64,000 nucleotides of DNA from a virus: the IMG/VR virus record IMGVR_UViG_3300023174_000084, positions 51,581 through 115,580 of that record, one strand, 5' to 3'. The notes under the pieces are model-generated. The model was not told where the DNA came from, did no database searches, and worked only from the letters and a program-made list of their open reading frames with translations. Shown piece by piece: positions 8,809-22,100 of this stretch; positions within the stretch are counted from its first letter, which is position 1; the number at the start of each line of letters is the position of its first letter. The translations under genes and the position numbers were made by a program.

Positions 8809-10488
8809 TTACAAGTCCCTAAAGAAACTACGATGATATGAAGCATAGGTGTCACCTCCACCTGCCACTTCCCATACATCACCACCTTCCACCATAAAGT
8901 CAGTCTTTAAACCATCTTCAATGATAGGTGCAGGTAGAACTTCTTCATCAAATTGATTCATATTTTCTAATTGAATTTGTTTTCTTAAATCATGATTTAC
9001 TATTTCTCTGAAGTATTTCTGCGTGGTTGCCCATGCAAAAATTACTAAAGTCATTGCCATATCATCATTTGCACCTTCTGCGGCCGCAAATGAAGTCTTA
9101 TATTGTTCAAATGTTGTTAACTCCGAATAGGTGTCAAAATCATTTATCAGTAGTTTATCACCTTCTATTAATGTTTTAAGGTTAGAACAACCTACAGATT
9201 TTACTTGAGGCGACATTTTTAGACCCATCTGGACACCACGAGCAAATCCAGCGGACAATTGTTGAGGTTTTTTATTACCAGTAAAGACTTTTAATAGATT
9301 TTCATACTCTAAATCTGTGTGAATAAAGTCTGCCACCTGAGGATTATTGTTTATTTCTACCAAAATGTAAGCGTCATTATAAACTCTGGCTGCATTGACT
9401 ATCACCGTTGGAAATAAAATAGGTGAAATAGATGAACTTGCATAGGATGCTACTTGTTTATATGGTGTAGATGATATATCAAATACTGAGAATGCCGAGG
9501 AGTCTAAGTTTTTACCTTCTGATACATCCACAGTAATACAGTAAATGTGGTCAGTCAGAGAACCATTGACACCTTCTTTGACAGGATGTTCATAGATTTT
9601 CATCTTGTCGTGTTCTGCGATTGGGTTCATGTACCTCAATTGTTGCAGTTTATAACCAGAGATAAGGGTATTGGAAGAACCCAAGAACTCGGTTTCAAAC
9701 TCTTGTGCAAATTGCCGTTCAGAAGTATTACGGATGGTTTCTTCTTTCCACGCATCATCACGACCTGGTACCATCGACCAATGAATCTCAAAGTTTTTGT
9801 AATTGTTTCGACCTTCTAGTGAATCCATCCACAACTTGTAGAATAGATTCATACCATTTGGTGTGGAAACAATGATAATCTTTGATGACTTACCGGATGA
9901 TATTACCGGATAGACTGAGTTAAAGAACTCATTGGCAATATTGTTTGGCACGAAAGCAAATTCGTCTAAGAACACAATGTTAAACGAACCGCCTCGGATT
10001 GCAGAGGACGAGGTGGAGGCCGCAATGACCTTAGAACCGTTCTCTAATTCTACATTACCCTTGTTCCATGTCACCACGCCTTGTTGGAGCCATTGTGGTA
10101 AATTCTCGTATGCCAATTGATACTTGGCCAAAATATCACGAGCCAAAGAACCTTTGTTTGCCAGTACCGCCACATTCTGCGAATCGGTAAAAATGGTTGC
10201 CCAAAGAAGATAACCAACGGTTGTGGTAGTTTTACCAACCTGACGAGGACATTTGGTAATAACGAAACGATTATCTTTAAATAGATTAATCATTTCTTTT
10301 TGAAAGTCCCACATCTTAAAGTTGATGAGGCCTTCATCCACGTTTACAATCTTAATGTAGTTCATACAGAAGTAAACTGGATCCTTAGAACACTTTACAT
10401 ATTCTTGTACCTGTTCTTCGGTATACTCGTGTGCAACTCCTACTTTTTTGAGTAGAGGATTATCACGGTAAGAATCTTTAGTGTTCAT
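8809..10488 (-). CDS. gp17: Terminase large subunit
   Basis: Walker A PRQVGKTT, Walker B FLDEFAF, STPNG coupling motif, nuclease DVSEG and DDMAM. Confidence 0.98.
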   Translation of the reverse strand: MNTKDSYRDNPLLKKVGVAHEYTEEQVQEYVKCSKDPVYFCMNYIKIVNVDEGLINFKMWDFQKEMINLFKDNRFVITKCPRQVGKTTTTVGYLLWATIFTDSQNVAVLANKGSLARDILAKYQLAYENLPQWLQQGVVTWNKGNVELENGSKVIAASTSSSAIRGGSFNIVFLDEFAFVPNNIANEFFNSVYPVISSGKSSKIIIVSTPNGMNLFYKLWMDSLEGRNNYKNFEIHWSMVPGRDDAWKEETIRNTSERQFAQEFETEFLGSSNTLISGYKLQQLRYMNPIAEHDKMKIYEHPVKEGVNGSLTDHIYCITVDVSEGKNLDSSAFSVFDISSTPYKQVASYASSSISPILFPTVIVNAARVYNDAYILVEINNNPQVADFIHTDLEYENLLKVFTGNKKPQQLSAGFARGVQMGLKMSPQVKSVGCSNLKTLIEGDKLLINDFDTYSELTTFEQYKTSFAAAEGANDDMAMTLVIFAWATTQKYFREIVNHDLRKQIQLENMNQFDEEVLPAPIIEDGLKTDFMVEGGDVWEVAGGGDTYASYHRSFFRDL

Positions 10489-11207
10489 TAAAATAGATGT
10501 TCAATCTTTATTTTGGCATGAGGTGAACCGGCATCACCGTGGTAGTCGGTACCAAAGTGTGTCACCCATGTGTCGGAGAAATTATTTAGTGGTAACATAC
10601 ATCTGTGACCAAATCCTACAGGTATGTTTATAAACATATTGCCTAGATTGGCTGATTCACGAATACCCCATGAACCTTTTTGACCAAAAATAAAGTAATC
10701 AGATTGAATATGTTCTTCTACTAATTCTCTATCCATGATAAACATACCTTGATATGGATCAGATAGTGAAATAAACCTTTGACCTTCTACTGTAATTGTT
10801 GGTCGATGGCCTTGATGATGTGTGCAATCTAATGAAAACACTTCACCATTTACTTTTTGAACTCGATGAGTGGCAGGTATAAAATTTAGATTATTGCGTT
10901 GAAAGAGTTCTCTGGTGTTTACCCAATAATCAAATGTTTTCTTTTCTACTTCGATATTACCTTCAAGGTATGCAAAGTGCGTGTAATCTGATTTGAGAAA
11001 CTCTGGCATATACTTCTTATGTTCCCATGTATGCCAATATGGATGTTCTAAATCTACAACATGAATAGGTAAACTAGAATCAAAATTAACATTGCTGTTA
11101 ATAATGAGTTTGATGTTTGGTATAGCAGATAATGTTTTTATTACTTTCTTGAACCGCTCTAATCTTTCTTCAACATAATAAAAACAAACATTCACCCAAA
11201 GTTTCAT
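10488..11207 (-). CDS. Hypothetical protein, possibly glycosyltransferase (GT-A)-like, between gp16 and gp17
   Basis: 239 aa ORF overlapping both neighbours at start/stop. YTHFAYLEGNI resembles a degenerate GT-A DxD strand; the functional call is weak. Confidence 0.5.
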   Translation of the reverse strand: MKLWVNVCFYYVEERLERFKKVIKTLSAIPNIKLIINSNVNFDSSLPIHVVDLEHPYWHTWEHKKYMPEFLKSDYTHFAYLEGNIEVEKKTFDYWVNTRELFQRNNLNFIPATHRVQKVNGEVFSLDCTHHQGHRPTITVEGQRFISLSDPYQGMFIMDRELVEEHIQSDYFIFGQKGSWGIRESANLGNMFINIPVGFGHRCMLPLNNFSDTWVTHFGTDYHGDAGSPHAKIKIEHLF

Positions 11208-11620
11208 TCTTTTCCTTTGATTAGTTTATTCAATTCTGCGGTACTACCAACAAAGATAGCTTTATCAATATTGGTGCCAGTATTTTTTTTCTTTTCTTCA
11301 TCCATCTCACGCATTTGTTTTTGAATGTTGAGAAGTTCTTTATTGGCATCTACCATATTTTTCAATAGAGTGCCATAGACTTCAAATGCTCGTGGATGTT
11401 GGCCTGCTTTGGCAATATTAAGTATTTCTTCCATGGCTTCTTGGCCTTGGTCAATAATACCTTGTAGATTTTCTTTTGACTGTTGATATGCATCAGTCAA
11501 ATCTTGTTTCAAATCTGGTTGATTGTATTTTACCGACACCGTAGGAAGTTTTTCTTTTTTAGGTTCTTCAATTGGCATCACATCAAATACATCTGCTAAA
11601 GTTTTATTTAAATCACTCAT
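11204..11620 (-). CDS. gp16: Terminase small subunit
   Basis: HPRAFEVYGTLLK...IFVGSTAELNKLI motifs; position after gp15. Confidence 0.93.
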   Translation of the reverse strand: MSDLNKTLADVFDVMPIEEPKKEKLPTVSVKYNQPDLKQDLTDAYQQSKENLQGIIDQGQEAMEEILNIAKAGQHPRAFEVYGTLLKNMVDANKELLNIQKQMREMDEEKKKNTGTNIDKAIFVGSTAELNKLIKGKE

Positions 11621-11623
11621 AGA

Positions 11624-12616
11624 TTAAGGATATTCAGTAATAATAGTGTTGGCTGTCCAAGTGTTTGCTAGTGCCACATTTGCATTTGCTGGATCAGGTC
11701 TCACATCAATTTGTACCAATTTTTGTGGTACTGGATTATATGTAGTAAACTTATAATTTGCGTTTGAACTGGAGGATTGAATTGGCAAATTAGAAACAAA
11801 ATTACCATTAATATTTTTTAATTGTAATATATTATTATTGAACGATACGACCTTACCTGTTGCAATGGCCAATGGTGCCGAATATCCTTGATATACAATT
11901 TCACCAATTTGATATGTTCCAACACCTGATGATGGATTGACATAAAATTCAATTATATCATTTTCGCTTATTTGATTATAAATTGATGTAATTGAATGTG
12001 TAATAAGTCCTGTGCCAGAATCATTAATTTTACCAAAAATATATCCTTTGACCGTAAATGAAAGAGTCCAAATAATAACACGAGTATCTCTTTCATAATT
12101 ACCTTCATAGTCAATATCTTGAGCCGTTGAATTTAATACAACAGGAATATTCTTAACAATACCCATTTCAGGTATCATGTTAAGTTTCATTGTATAATCT
12201 GGTGTGAAGTAGGAAAGAATATGTTCAATAATTTGTGTACCATCTTCGATATTTCTTACATACAAATAAAGATTAAAATCAAAATTATATGGTACTGGAT
12301 TATATTGTGAAACTAATCCTTTTGATGTCTGTGCAAATTGTTTTGTATTTGTATTTTGTTTACGGCTTGCATCATAATTAAAACCAAGCAATTCAAATGA
12401 CATTCTTGGTAATGTAATTTGTGTTTTTTTATCTAAATTTGGATCAGTTTCTAAACGAGTAACATAATCTTCTTTTGGTGCGTAGACGATTGGCACAATC
12501 ATACGTTGTGCTTCAGAATAATCTGGATTATATCGAACTAAAGTAATCTCATTAAATAGATTACCAAAACCTATTACATACTTACGAAGCGCTCGGTTAT
12601 AAAATACGTTTGCCAT
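11624..12616 (-). CDS. gp15: Tail sheath stabilizer/terminator with C-terminal extension
   Basis: FGNLFNEI, VPIVYAPKE, LPRMSFE, PVPYNFDF, QIIEHILSYFTP. Confidence 0.93.
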   Translation of the reverse strand: MANVFYNRALRKYVIGFGNLFNEITLVRYNPDYSEAQRMIVPIVYAPKEDYVTRLETDPNLDKKTQITLPRMSFELLGFNYDASRKQNTNTKQFAQTSKGLVSQYNPVPYNFDFNLYLYVRNIEDGTQIIEHILSYFTPDYTMKLNMIPEMGIVKNIPVVLNSTAQDIDYEGNYERDTRVIIWTLSFTVKGYIFGKINDSGTGLITHSITSIYNQISENDIIEFYVNPSSGVGTYQIGEIVYQGYSAPLAIATGKVVSFNNNILQLKNINGNFVSNLPIQSSSSNANYKFTTYNPVPQKLVQIDVRPDPANANVALANTWTANTIITEYP

Positions 12617-13518
12617 TAGATGTTACCAAAAGGATTTGTTTCAGAGAAATTCACAATAGAATTCGCTGAGTTTTCAATAATATAATTATCATAACTATCA
12701 TCTTCAACTACATCACGCAATGAATCATATGTAGACAATATGTATTGTGCATTACTGGTAGCACCTACAATCTTAATTGGCCCCTCAATAAACTCACCAG
12801 CAATATTAGAAACAATTAATGTATTAGATGTTTGTGTGTTGGCTGATTTAATCCAAGTTTGAACAATTGCCACAGCAGCTGCATTGGCTTGTGTATTTGC
12901 AGAAGATTGATATACAATTTCACCGTATTGATAGTTACCGGTACCTGCACCAAGGTTAAGTTCAATTGAATATGTGGCTTGTTTGGCTGCATCATCAATT
13001 TCTGCCACACCTGTTGCCAACAATTCACTAGAAAACTTGAACTTCTCTAAGTGTAACTCATAGAAGTATGGTGCTGGCCGACCAAGCATATAGAAGTCTT
13101 TGTCTTGGTCAGTAAATGTAATTTCATACAATTCACCTTCACCATTCAAAAATGGAATCCAAATCAAATCACCTTCTCGTGGTCGTGTAAATGTGTTTTG
13201 TGGAACTCGTTGTGAAAAAGACCTTTTTGTGATAAGAACTTTAGTATGATTTTTAATTTCTAAACCAAACTTAGAGAAGAATTCTTTTTCGCCGGTATAA
13301 TTAAGTGCTTCTGAAAGATAGAATTCAACAGGAAAAGCAGAAGTAAATTTTTTAACTGGATCTTCACCAAATAATAAATCACGAGCTTGGTCGTTATCAT
13401 TAGGCAAATAATAACCATCAAAACCCATAATTTTTATGGATTCTACAATTAAATCCTCTACTAATCGTTGTTCTTGAAAGCGAGAATTGTAGTTATTAAA
13501 ATATTGAGAAGTTGCCAT
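12616..13518 (-). CDS. gp14: Neck protein
   Basis: EQRLVEDLIVESIKIMG, FSKFGLEI, RPREGDLIWIP, FSETNPFG. Confidence 0.93.
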   Translation of the reverse strand: MATSQYFNNYNSRFQEQRLVEDLIVESIKIMGFDGYYLPNDNDQARDLLFGEDPVKKFTSAFPVEFYLSEALNYTGEKEFFSKFGLEIKNHTKVLITKRSFSQRVPQNTFTRPREGDLIWIPFLNGEGELYEITFTDQDKDFYMLGRPAPYFYELHLEKFKFSSELLATGVAEIDDAAKQATYSIELNLGAGTGNYQYGEIVYQSSANTQANAAAVAIVQTWIKSANTQTSNTLIVSNIAGEFIEGPIKIVGATSNAQYILSTYDSLRDVVEDDSYDNYIIENSANSIVNFSETNPFGNI

Positions 13519-13530
13519 TGTGTTGTATAC

Positions 13531-14304
13531 TTAGTTCATCATAAACTCTAAAACGCCACCATAACTATTTTCCATATCATCTTCGAGCTCTTTAATTTCT
13601 TGCATTGCTTCTTCAAAGATTTTATCACCGTTTAATACAACACCACCTGGTAATTGAATGTTACCAAATTTTTTAAGGTTTTCACCCCATTGTCGTTTAA
13701 TTAAAGCAGTTGCATATAGTTTTAGCCAGCGGTCATTCCATACTCGACTGTATACATTTGGATTAACAATAGTGTAACATTCAACTACAACAATTTGGCC
13801 TACAGTAATATCTGTATCATCCCAACCCCAATCAATGAATAATTTTTCCATATGTCGTTGGTAACGAATTGGAACTTCACCTGTAAATAACTGTTCAAGC
13901 ATTCTTAGATGCTGCATAGTCATAGTATAGTTGATGTATGATGCAGAAGTAAAATCGTAGAGTTCGTTTAATCGTAATTGATACCGCAAGTCAAACATAC
14001 TGACGGTTGCTTGTGAATCAGAAAGTGGAAATATACGAGTAACACCTTCAACTCGTGTAACGTTATTAGAATTATCGGTAACATTACTTAAATCTAGGTA
14101 ACGATTATCAATATCTTGTTGTGTTACTGCGTGAATATAATAAGTTTTCTGTAGTCCATCAAAATGATAGTCTTGAAAATATTGTAAGGCATCATCAACA
14201 CGATCTTGAACTTGGTCTGGATCGACATTGATTTCGATAACCGGAAAGCCAAGTTTTCTAAGGCAGTAGTCGGTAAATTGGTCTCTATTGGTAACGGTTG
14301 CCAT
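13531..14304 (-). CDS. gp13: Neck protein
   Basis: [16 protein letters not shown]...[27 protein letters not shown]. Confidence 0.95.
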   Translation of the reverse strand: MATVTNRDQFTDYCLRKLGFPVIEINVDPDQVQDRVDDALQYFQDYHFDGLQKTYYIHAVTQQDIDNRYLDLSNVTDNSNNVTRVEGVTRIFPLSDSQATVSMFDLRYQLRLNELYDFTSASYINYTMTMQHLRMLEQLFTGEVPIRYQRHMEKLFIDWGWDDTDITVGQIVVVECYTIVNPNVYSRVWNDRWLKLYATALIKRQWGENLKKFGNIQLPGGVVLNGDKIFEEAMQEIKELEDDMENSYGGVLEFMMN

Positions 14305-15535
14305 TTTTTTCTTTCAATTTTTGTCTAATGGTATTTATTTGAACTTGACGTTCTTTAATCGCTTGTATTAATAAAGGCACCAAACGTTCATATCTAACCG
14401 TCAAATAATTTTCACCCGATTTACTATTACCATCTTTATCCATATCAAATGGAGCAATAGCAACCGCTTCGGGCATAATTGCTTGTATCTCTTGAGCTAT
14501 CACACCAACTTGTTTTTTATAATCATTATAACCAAATTGTTCAGCAAATTTATTTTGATTGAAAAATACTCCAGAAATTTGATTTAAAAGTGTTAAAGCA
14601 TCTCTTATTTCAACTATATCTTCTTTTAGTCTTTTATCTGAAAAATAAGCGGTAATATTATTTGTAGCTATAATTTCACCAGCAGTACCTGAAGCAGCAG
14701 TATTAACACCAAGTGAATTGATATTAGGATTATCACCTGTTGTTGTTCCTCCAGTTGGGCCAGTAGGTCCTGTTGGGCCTGTAGGACCTGCAGGTCCTGC
14801 TGATCCAGCCGGACTAGGACCTGTAACACCAGCTGATCCAGCTGGCCCTGTTGGTCCTGTTACGCCTGTTGTACCTGCTGGACTAGGACCTGTAAGACCA
14901 GCTGATCCATTTGGTCCTGTTGGTCCTGCTGATCCAGCCGGACTAGGACCTGTTGGTCCTGTAACACCAGCTGATCCATCTGGTCCTGTTGGTCCTGTTA
15001 CACCTGTTGTACCTGCTGGACTAGGACCTGTAAGACCAGTTTGTCCTGTGGTTCCATTTGATCCTGTTGGTCCTGTTACGCCTGTTGGACTAGGACCTGT
15101 TGGTCCTGCTGAGCCTGGACCGCCGGCCGAACCTTGTGATCCAGTTACACCTGTAGGACTAGGACCTGTTGGTCCTGTAACACCAGCTGATCCATTTGAT
15201 CCTGTTGGGCCTGCTGATCCAGCCGGACTAGGACCTGTTGGTCCTGTAACACCAGCTGATCCATCTGGTCCTGTTGGTCCTGTATTACCTTGAGGTCCAT
15301 TTGGTCCTGTTGGTCCTGTGTTGCCTTGGGATCCATTTGGTCCTGTTGGGCCTGCTGATCCAGCTGGACTAGAACCTGTAGAACCAGTTTGTCCTGTGTT
15401 GCCTTGGGATCCATTTGGTCCTGTAGGTCCTGGGTTGTTTGAAGCTTGTCCTGTCCAATTTCCAGCAGAATCTACAATATCTGTTGCACCAACAGATATG
15501 CCATTTTTAATTCTAAAATTTGAGTTAGTGGCCAT
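14285..15535 (-). CDS. Collagen-like fibre with interrupted Gly-X-Y repeat and C-terminal intramolecular chaperone (peptidase S74-like)
   Basis: Gly-X-Y run with GPSPAG interruptions; autocleavage motif [11 protein letters not shown]; VGVIAQE and [14 protein letters not shown]. Confidence 0.88.
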   Translation of the reverse strand: MATNSNFRIKNGISVGATDIVDSAGNWTGQASNNPGPTGPNGSQGNTGQTGSTGSSPAGSAGPTGPNGSQGNTGPTGPNGPQGNTGPTGPDGSAGVTGPTGPSPAGSAGPTGSNGSAGVTGPTGPSPTGVTGSQGSAGGPGSAGPTGPSPTGVTGPTGSNGTTGQTGLTGPSPAGTTGVTGPTGPDGSAGVTGPTGPSPAGSAGPTGPNGSAGLTGPSPAGTTGVTGPTGPAGSAGVTGPSPAGSAGPAGPTGPTGPTGPTGGTTTGDNPNINSLGVNTAASGTAGEIIATNNITAYFSDKRLKEDIVEIRDALTLLNQISGVFFNQNKFAEQFGYNDYKKQVGVIAQEIQAIMPEAVAIAPFDMDKDGNSKSGENYLTVRYERLVPLLIQAIKERQVQINTIRQKLKEKNGNRYQ

Positions 15536-15538
15536 TTA

Positions 15539-16842
<1,304 letters not shown>

Positions 16843-16848
16843 AAAAAT

Positions 16849-17979
16849 TTAAATAGGTAATTGTTTTTTCAACCAATTTAATTCTGATCGATTTTCGTTT
16901 GATTGATACCAACCTTTACCTTCATAAACATTCAATACAGATTGAAAATATTCTTCATACATTTTACCAACTTTTTCTAATGTAAAGTTCTCAGCAAATT
17001 GCCTACAATTTTTAGGATCAATTTTGTCAATATTTTTGGCTGCCCAAGTAAAATGTTCAAAAGTTCTGCATCGATATCCAGTAACACCATGAATATTGTT
17101 TTCAGTAAATGATCCCCAATCTGTGGTAATCGTTGGAGTACCAGAAAATAATAATTCCATTTGCACACCACCAAAAGGTTCTGTATATAAAGATGCTACA
17201 AAAGCACCTTTTGCATTAGACATTAATTTTCTTCGTGTTTCAACATCTGCATAACCTAGTTCGGTAACATGAGAAGGAGTTTCTTTATAACCCATTTGTT
17301 TTAAAGAATTTTGGCCAGCAATAATTAATTTAGCACCAATTGCTTCGGTTGCCTGAACTGCAATATTAACACCTTTACCTTCATATACTCTACCTAAAAA
17401 TAAAAAATAATCTTCTTTTTTATCATTAAAAGTAAAATCATCAGGATCAAAATAGTTTGGAATAACTATATCATACCAATCTTGTTTACAAGTACCAACA
17501 GATGATATGCCATAGTAAGCATGATAGATGGCATACGATTCAAATATTTTCCATCGAGCCCAATGACCACCAGCATAACCAATTCCCGGTTCCACACAAA
17601 TTAAATCTGGATGTGCATCACAAATTGGCCTAACTCCTGAACCCCAAAATGGAAGAATAAAATCGTTTTTTCTTTTTCTTTTATCAACTTCTACAATTCC
17701 ATTTTTATAAAAGGTTTGATAAGCATGGTCTGCTGTATTAAACTTATAAAAGTTTTTTCGCCAATCGTAATTACCATAAGCAATTTCTAAATCTTTATTT
17801 GTTGTAATAGTAACATGTTCTGTGCATTGCAAATCGGAATCTTCATGGCCATAATGTATGACTTCGTGGCCAAGATTTGTCATCATCTTACCAAACTTAA
17901 CAACCTTTTGTGTATATGCACAAGCATTATATTCTTTAGAAGATACTGTATGTGGTAATCCTAAAATATGAAATCTCAC
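16849..17979 (-). CDS. Glycosyltransferase, GT4 (GT-B fold)
   Basis: FLFLGRVYEGKG and EPFGGVQME (EX7E) ... SGTPTITTDWG. Confidence 0.9.
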   Translation of the reverse strand: MRFHILGLPHTVSSKEYNACAYTQKVVKFGKMMTNLGHEVIHYGHEDSDLQCTEHVTITTNKDLEIAYGNYDWRKNFYKFNTADHAYQTFYKNGIVEVDKRKRKNDFILPFWGSGVRPICDAHPDLICVEPGIGYAGGHWARWKIFESYAIYHAYYGISSVGTCKQDWYDIVIPNYFDPDDFTFNDKKEDYFLFLGRVYEGKGVNIAVQATEAIGAKLIIAGQNSLKQMGYKETPSHVTELGYADVETRRKLMSNAKGAFVASLYTEPFGGVQMELLFSGTPTITTDWGSFTENNIHGVTGYRCRTFEHFTWAAKNIDKIDPKNCRQFAENFTLEKVGKMYEEYFQSVLNVYEGKGWYQSNENRSELNWLKKQLPI

Positions 17980-18542
17980 TGTGTAAATACTCCGTAATAT
18001 GCTCTACCATAACAACCAGATTCAGATAGTGTTGTTATCATACCTCTAGCTCCAATCCATTCATTTAAATTCTTTTCTGTAAGTTCGTGTGGATGGCCAT
18101 CATGTGCTGGTATATCAATCCATTCAAACAATCTTAATGTTGGTGCCGCTGCTTTGGCATTGGCAATAATTTTACCTGGATCTATTGCATGTTGCATACA
18201 ATTATAAATCCAAACTTCATCCCAACCTCTTTCTACAACCTCTTCACCAGGTTTAATATCAACATCTATATTATGAAAAGCATATCTCATTAATGTCCAT
18301 TCAGGATATTCTATAGGATCAACAACTTTACCTTTTTTTAAGTTGATTGTTTTTAATAACATTGAAGTTGGACCACCACCAATATCTAAAATTGATTTAT
18401 TAAAAACATTAAATGAATAATGTTCTCTGTGTAATCCCATTAATTTACCATAGATGTAATGCTTTTGATCTTCATCAAATGTATTACAACAATTTCCCCA
18501 ATAATCTTTTTCAAATTCATAATCTTCCATAATTATACCCAT
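17976..18542 (-). CDS. Class I SAM-dependent methyltransferase-like protein
   Basis: Motif I ILDIGGGP; WDEVWIYNCMQH resembles motif IV. Confidence 0.75.
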   Translation of the reverse strand: MGIIMEDYEFEKDYWGNCCNTFDEDQKHYIYGKLMGLHREHYSFNVFNKSILDIGGGPTSMLLKTINLKKGKVVDPIEYPEWTLMRYAFHNIDVDIKPGEEVVERGWDEVWIYNCMQHAIDPGKIIANAKAAAPTLRLFEWIDIPAHDGHPHELTEKNLNEWIGARGMITTLSESGCYGRAYYGVFTQ

Positions 18543-19108
18543 TTAGGACCTTCAAACCAAACTGCAATAGAATATCTTGTACCTTTTGTTACTGGATGTG
18601 CTTGATGTGGAATAAAAGATGGAATGAAAATTGCTGTACCTTGTTGACGAATTTCTTCTTTATTTGGATATTGGCCACAAGTTAAATCAAAAATTTCAAA
18701 ATCACCACCTTCATATTCATCTGGATCGGATAATTGAATAAGACAAGTTAATTTTCTGTGATATGAATCATTATTAATCCAGAATACATCATGATGTTTT
18801 TTATATTCTCCTTGATAAGAAGAATCATATTCAGCTAGTTGAATAAAAGATAGATTGGTAATATGAAAATTGAACCATTCACGGTTCGCTTGAATACCCA
18901 TTTTCCAAATTTCTTCAAAAAGAAATTGAAAGTCTGGATCATTTGATTGAACAAAACGAACTTTACTTCTTCGCCAATTATTATCTAAAGTGTTACCATC
19001 AACACCTAATACAGCATCTTTAGAAGATTTTTTTAAACCTAAATCAAGAATTTTTTGGCAAGTTTCTTTTGAGAAATGCTTGCCAAAATAACACCATTCA
19101 CCTTTCAT
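18533..19108 (-). CDS. 2OG-Fe(II) oxygenase (prolyl-hydroxylase/PKHD-like)
   Basis: HxD (KHHD), RKLT..IQL, YEGGDF, distal His (PHQ) and RxS (RYS) 2OG-binding motif. Confidence 0.92.
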   Translation of the reverse strand: MKGEWCYFGKHFSKETCQKILDLGLKKSSKDAVLGVDGNTLDNNWRRSKVRFVQSNDPDFQFLFEEIWKMGIQANREWFNFHITNLSFIQLAEYDSSYQGEYKKHHDVFWINNDSYHRKLTCLIQLSDPDEYEGGDFEIFDLTCGQYPNKEEIRQQGTAIFIPSFIPHQAHPVTKGTRYSIAVWFEGPKWV

Positions 19109-19137
19109 AACAACCTCACTTATTTACATGATAAAAC

Positions 19138-19145
19138 TATTTATT
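19138..19145 (-). promoter_or_regulatory. Late promoter AATAAATA heading the oxygenase-MTase-GT cassette
   Basis: Motif about 30 nt upstream of ATG 19108, with a GAGG RBS between. Confidence 0.6.
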
Positions 19146-22100
19146 ATAAGTCCACTACAGTTCTGAGTAACTTAACTGTTGAAACAGCATTTGTTCCAGT
19201 AAACAACAACCGAACTGTTCCACCAGAAATATCAGCATCAAAAGTTCCTAAAGAAGAATTGGTTATTACTTCACCATACTGTGCTAAGAATACTGTTGTA
19301 CCATTATGCACTAAATTCAGTTCAATAATATGATATTCTATTCCAGAAGAAATCTGCACAAAATATTTTGCTGAACGATAAGTGGTTGTTGGCCATGCAT
19401 CAACAGAAATTTGTGAAGTGGACGATGTGGTAAATGTATTACTTGTTGTGTCTACTTCAGCCAAACTAATTGTAGTTGCACCAAGCGTTGTTACACCAGT
19501 CAACGAACCACTCATAGTGTCGCCAGACTTTAATACAGTAGAGAACGCTCTTGTGTTAGCTGTATTAGCTTGTATATAAGCAGAAGATGCAAAGTCATTA
19601 ACTGCTATAATATTGGTATTCTGTGTTAAATCCACACCTTGTATAATGCTGATGGCTGAATTTTGTGCCAAATCCACACCTTCAATAATGGATATTCTAG
19701 TATTTTGTCCAGCATCAACACCTTGAATAATCGTAATTGCACCTGCATTGGTGTTCGCTTGTACAAAAGCACCAGCAGCATAGTTATTAACTGCTGTAAT
19801 ATTAGTATTTTGTGTTAAATCCACACCTTGAATAATAGCTATCGCATCAGCATTAGTATTTGCTTTATTAAATGCACCAGCAGCATAGTTATTAACTGCT
19901 GTAATATTAGTATTTTGAGTAAGGTCTACACCTTGAATAATACTAATAGCTGAGTTCTGTGCTAAATCAACACCTTCAATAATAGACATTCTAGTATTTT
20001 GACTGGTATTAACACCTTGTGCATATGTTAATATATTTGTTTGACCGGAATATACTGCATCCGCATAAACATTACCAGCAACACCAACACCACCAATAAC
20101 TTGTAATGATCCTGTTGAGTTTGATGAACTTGGATTATTAGATTTAATTACTAAATTGTTAGCAGAAGTAAATCTAGCAACTTCATTCTCAGTATTAATT
20201 CCATTTACTGCAAATATAATATCATTTTGAAGTTGTGTTCCAAGTATTAAATCGCCACCACCTGTATTAGCTTTTCCAGAAACAAACAAATAACCATCGT
20301 TTGGTCCTAAAAGGCTAAAACCTGGATAATTATAGTTACTACCTGCAAGACCTAAATCTAGATAACCATCTATAATTGATCCGTTGTCTGCGGTTATAAA
20401 ATAATCACCAGAAGAATTTGCACCAGAATTAATATTTTGTATTTGGAGTGCAGCATAACCATCATAATCAGCAGCTAAATTCATTACTGTTTGTGGTTCA
20501 ATGAGATAACCTGTTGGAATACCAGCATACAAAGCATTGAAACCATTAGCCGCATAACCAAAGAATTGGCCAGTATTACCTGTAACTTGCACAGAAGTAA
20601 CATTACCTACAAATGAAACGTTACCATTGACAGTTAAATCGTTTGTAACAGTAACGGAACCAGTAATTGTGCCACCAGAAGAACTAAACTTACTGTTGGC
20701 GGCACTATAAGCACCAGCAGCCAGACCATTAGCACCGTTAGCAGTATTAAATGCTGACTGAGCAAAATTATTAACGGCAGTAATATTATTATTCTGTGTT
20801 AAATCCACACCTTGTATAATGCTGATGGCACCAGCATTGGTGTTTGCTTGTGCATATGCAGAAGCCGCATAGTTGTTTACCGCTGTAATATTAGTTGCAT
20901 TTGTGTTTGCTTGGTTATAAGCACCAGCAGCCAGACCATTAGCACCATTGGCTGTGTTATAAGCTGATTGAGCAAAATTATTAACGGCAGTAATATTGGT
21001 ATTTTGAGTAAGGTCTACACCTTGAATAATACTGATAGCTGAATTTTGTGCTAAATCCACACCTTGAATACCAGCAATTTGAGTATTCTGTGTTAAATCT
21101 ACACCTTGAATAATACTGATAGCTGAATTTTGTGCTAAATCCACACCTTGAATACCAGCAATTTGAGTATTCTGTGTTAAATCTACACCTTGAATTATTG
21201 AAATGTTACTGGCATTTGTATTTGCTTGTGCATAAGCACCAGCAGCCAGACCATTAGCACCGTTAGCAGTATTAAATGCTGACTGAGTAAATTGATTTAC
21301 AGCATTAGAAGAATCAAAAGCTGCATTTGCTTTATTATAAGCATTTCCAGCAATTATTTCTACTTGAGTTGTGTATGAATATGCTGTATTAGCTTGATTA
21401 TAAGCAGAAGCAGCAAATTGGTTTACTTCTGTAATTCTGGTGTTCTGACCTAAATCTACACTTTGAATAATGCTAATAGTAGTATTTTGGTCACTATTAA
21501 TGGTCTCAATAGAATTTAGACGTGTATTTTGTGTGGCATCCACACCTTGTATAATTGTTATAACACCTGCATTGGTGTTTGCTTGGTTATAAGCACCAGC
21601 AGCCAATCCATTGGCACCATTGGCAGTATTGAAAGCACCAGCAGCTAAACCATTGGCACCATTAGCAGTATTATAAGCTGACTGAGCAAAATTGTTAACC
21701 TCTGTAATTGTGGTATTTTGGCCTAAATTTACAGCTTGAATAATAGCAATAGAACCAGCATTTGTATTTGCTAAAGCAAAAGCAGAATTTACCCTACCTG
21801 TATCAGCAATTCTAAAGAAATTTGTGCCATCATTAGTGAATTCCCACGCATGGTCTGTTTCACTCCATTTCAATACTGTGTTCGTTTCACTTCCACGATT
21901 AACTTCAATACCAGCATCAAGTGTTGGAACACCAGTTACATTTGAATTCAATGTAATGATGTTATCTTTAACATGTAATTGTTCTGTATTTGCGTAGAAT
22001 GTTGTTCCAGTAACACTTAAATTACCAGTAACATTTACATCACCAGAGATTGTTCCACCAGAAGAATTAAATTTACTATTGGCTGTGTTGTAAGCACTAG

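Noticed and set aside
4747-10488. Possible introns, inteins or homing endonucleases in portal, sheath or terminase
   Set aside because: ORFs are continuous and of normal length; no intein termini or HNH, GIY-YIG or LAGLIDADG motifs seen
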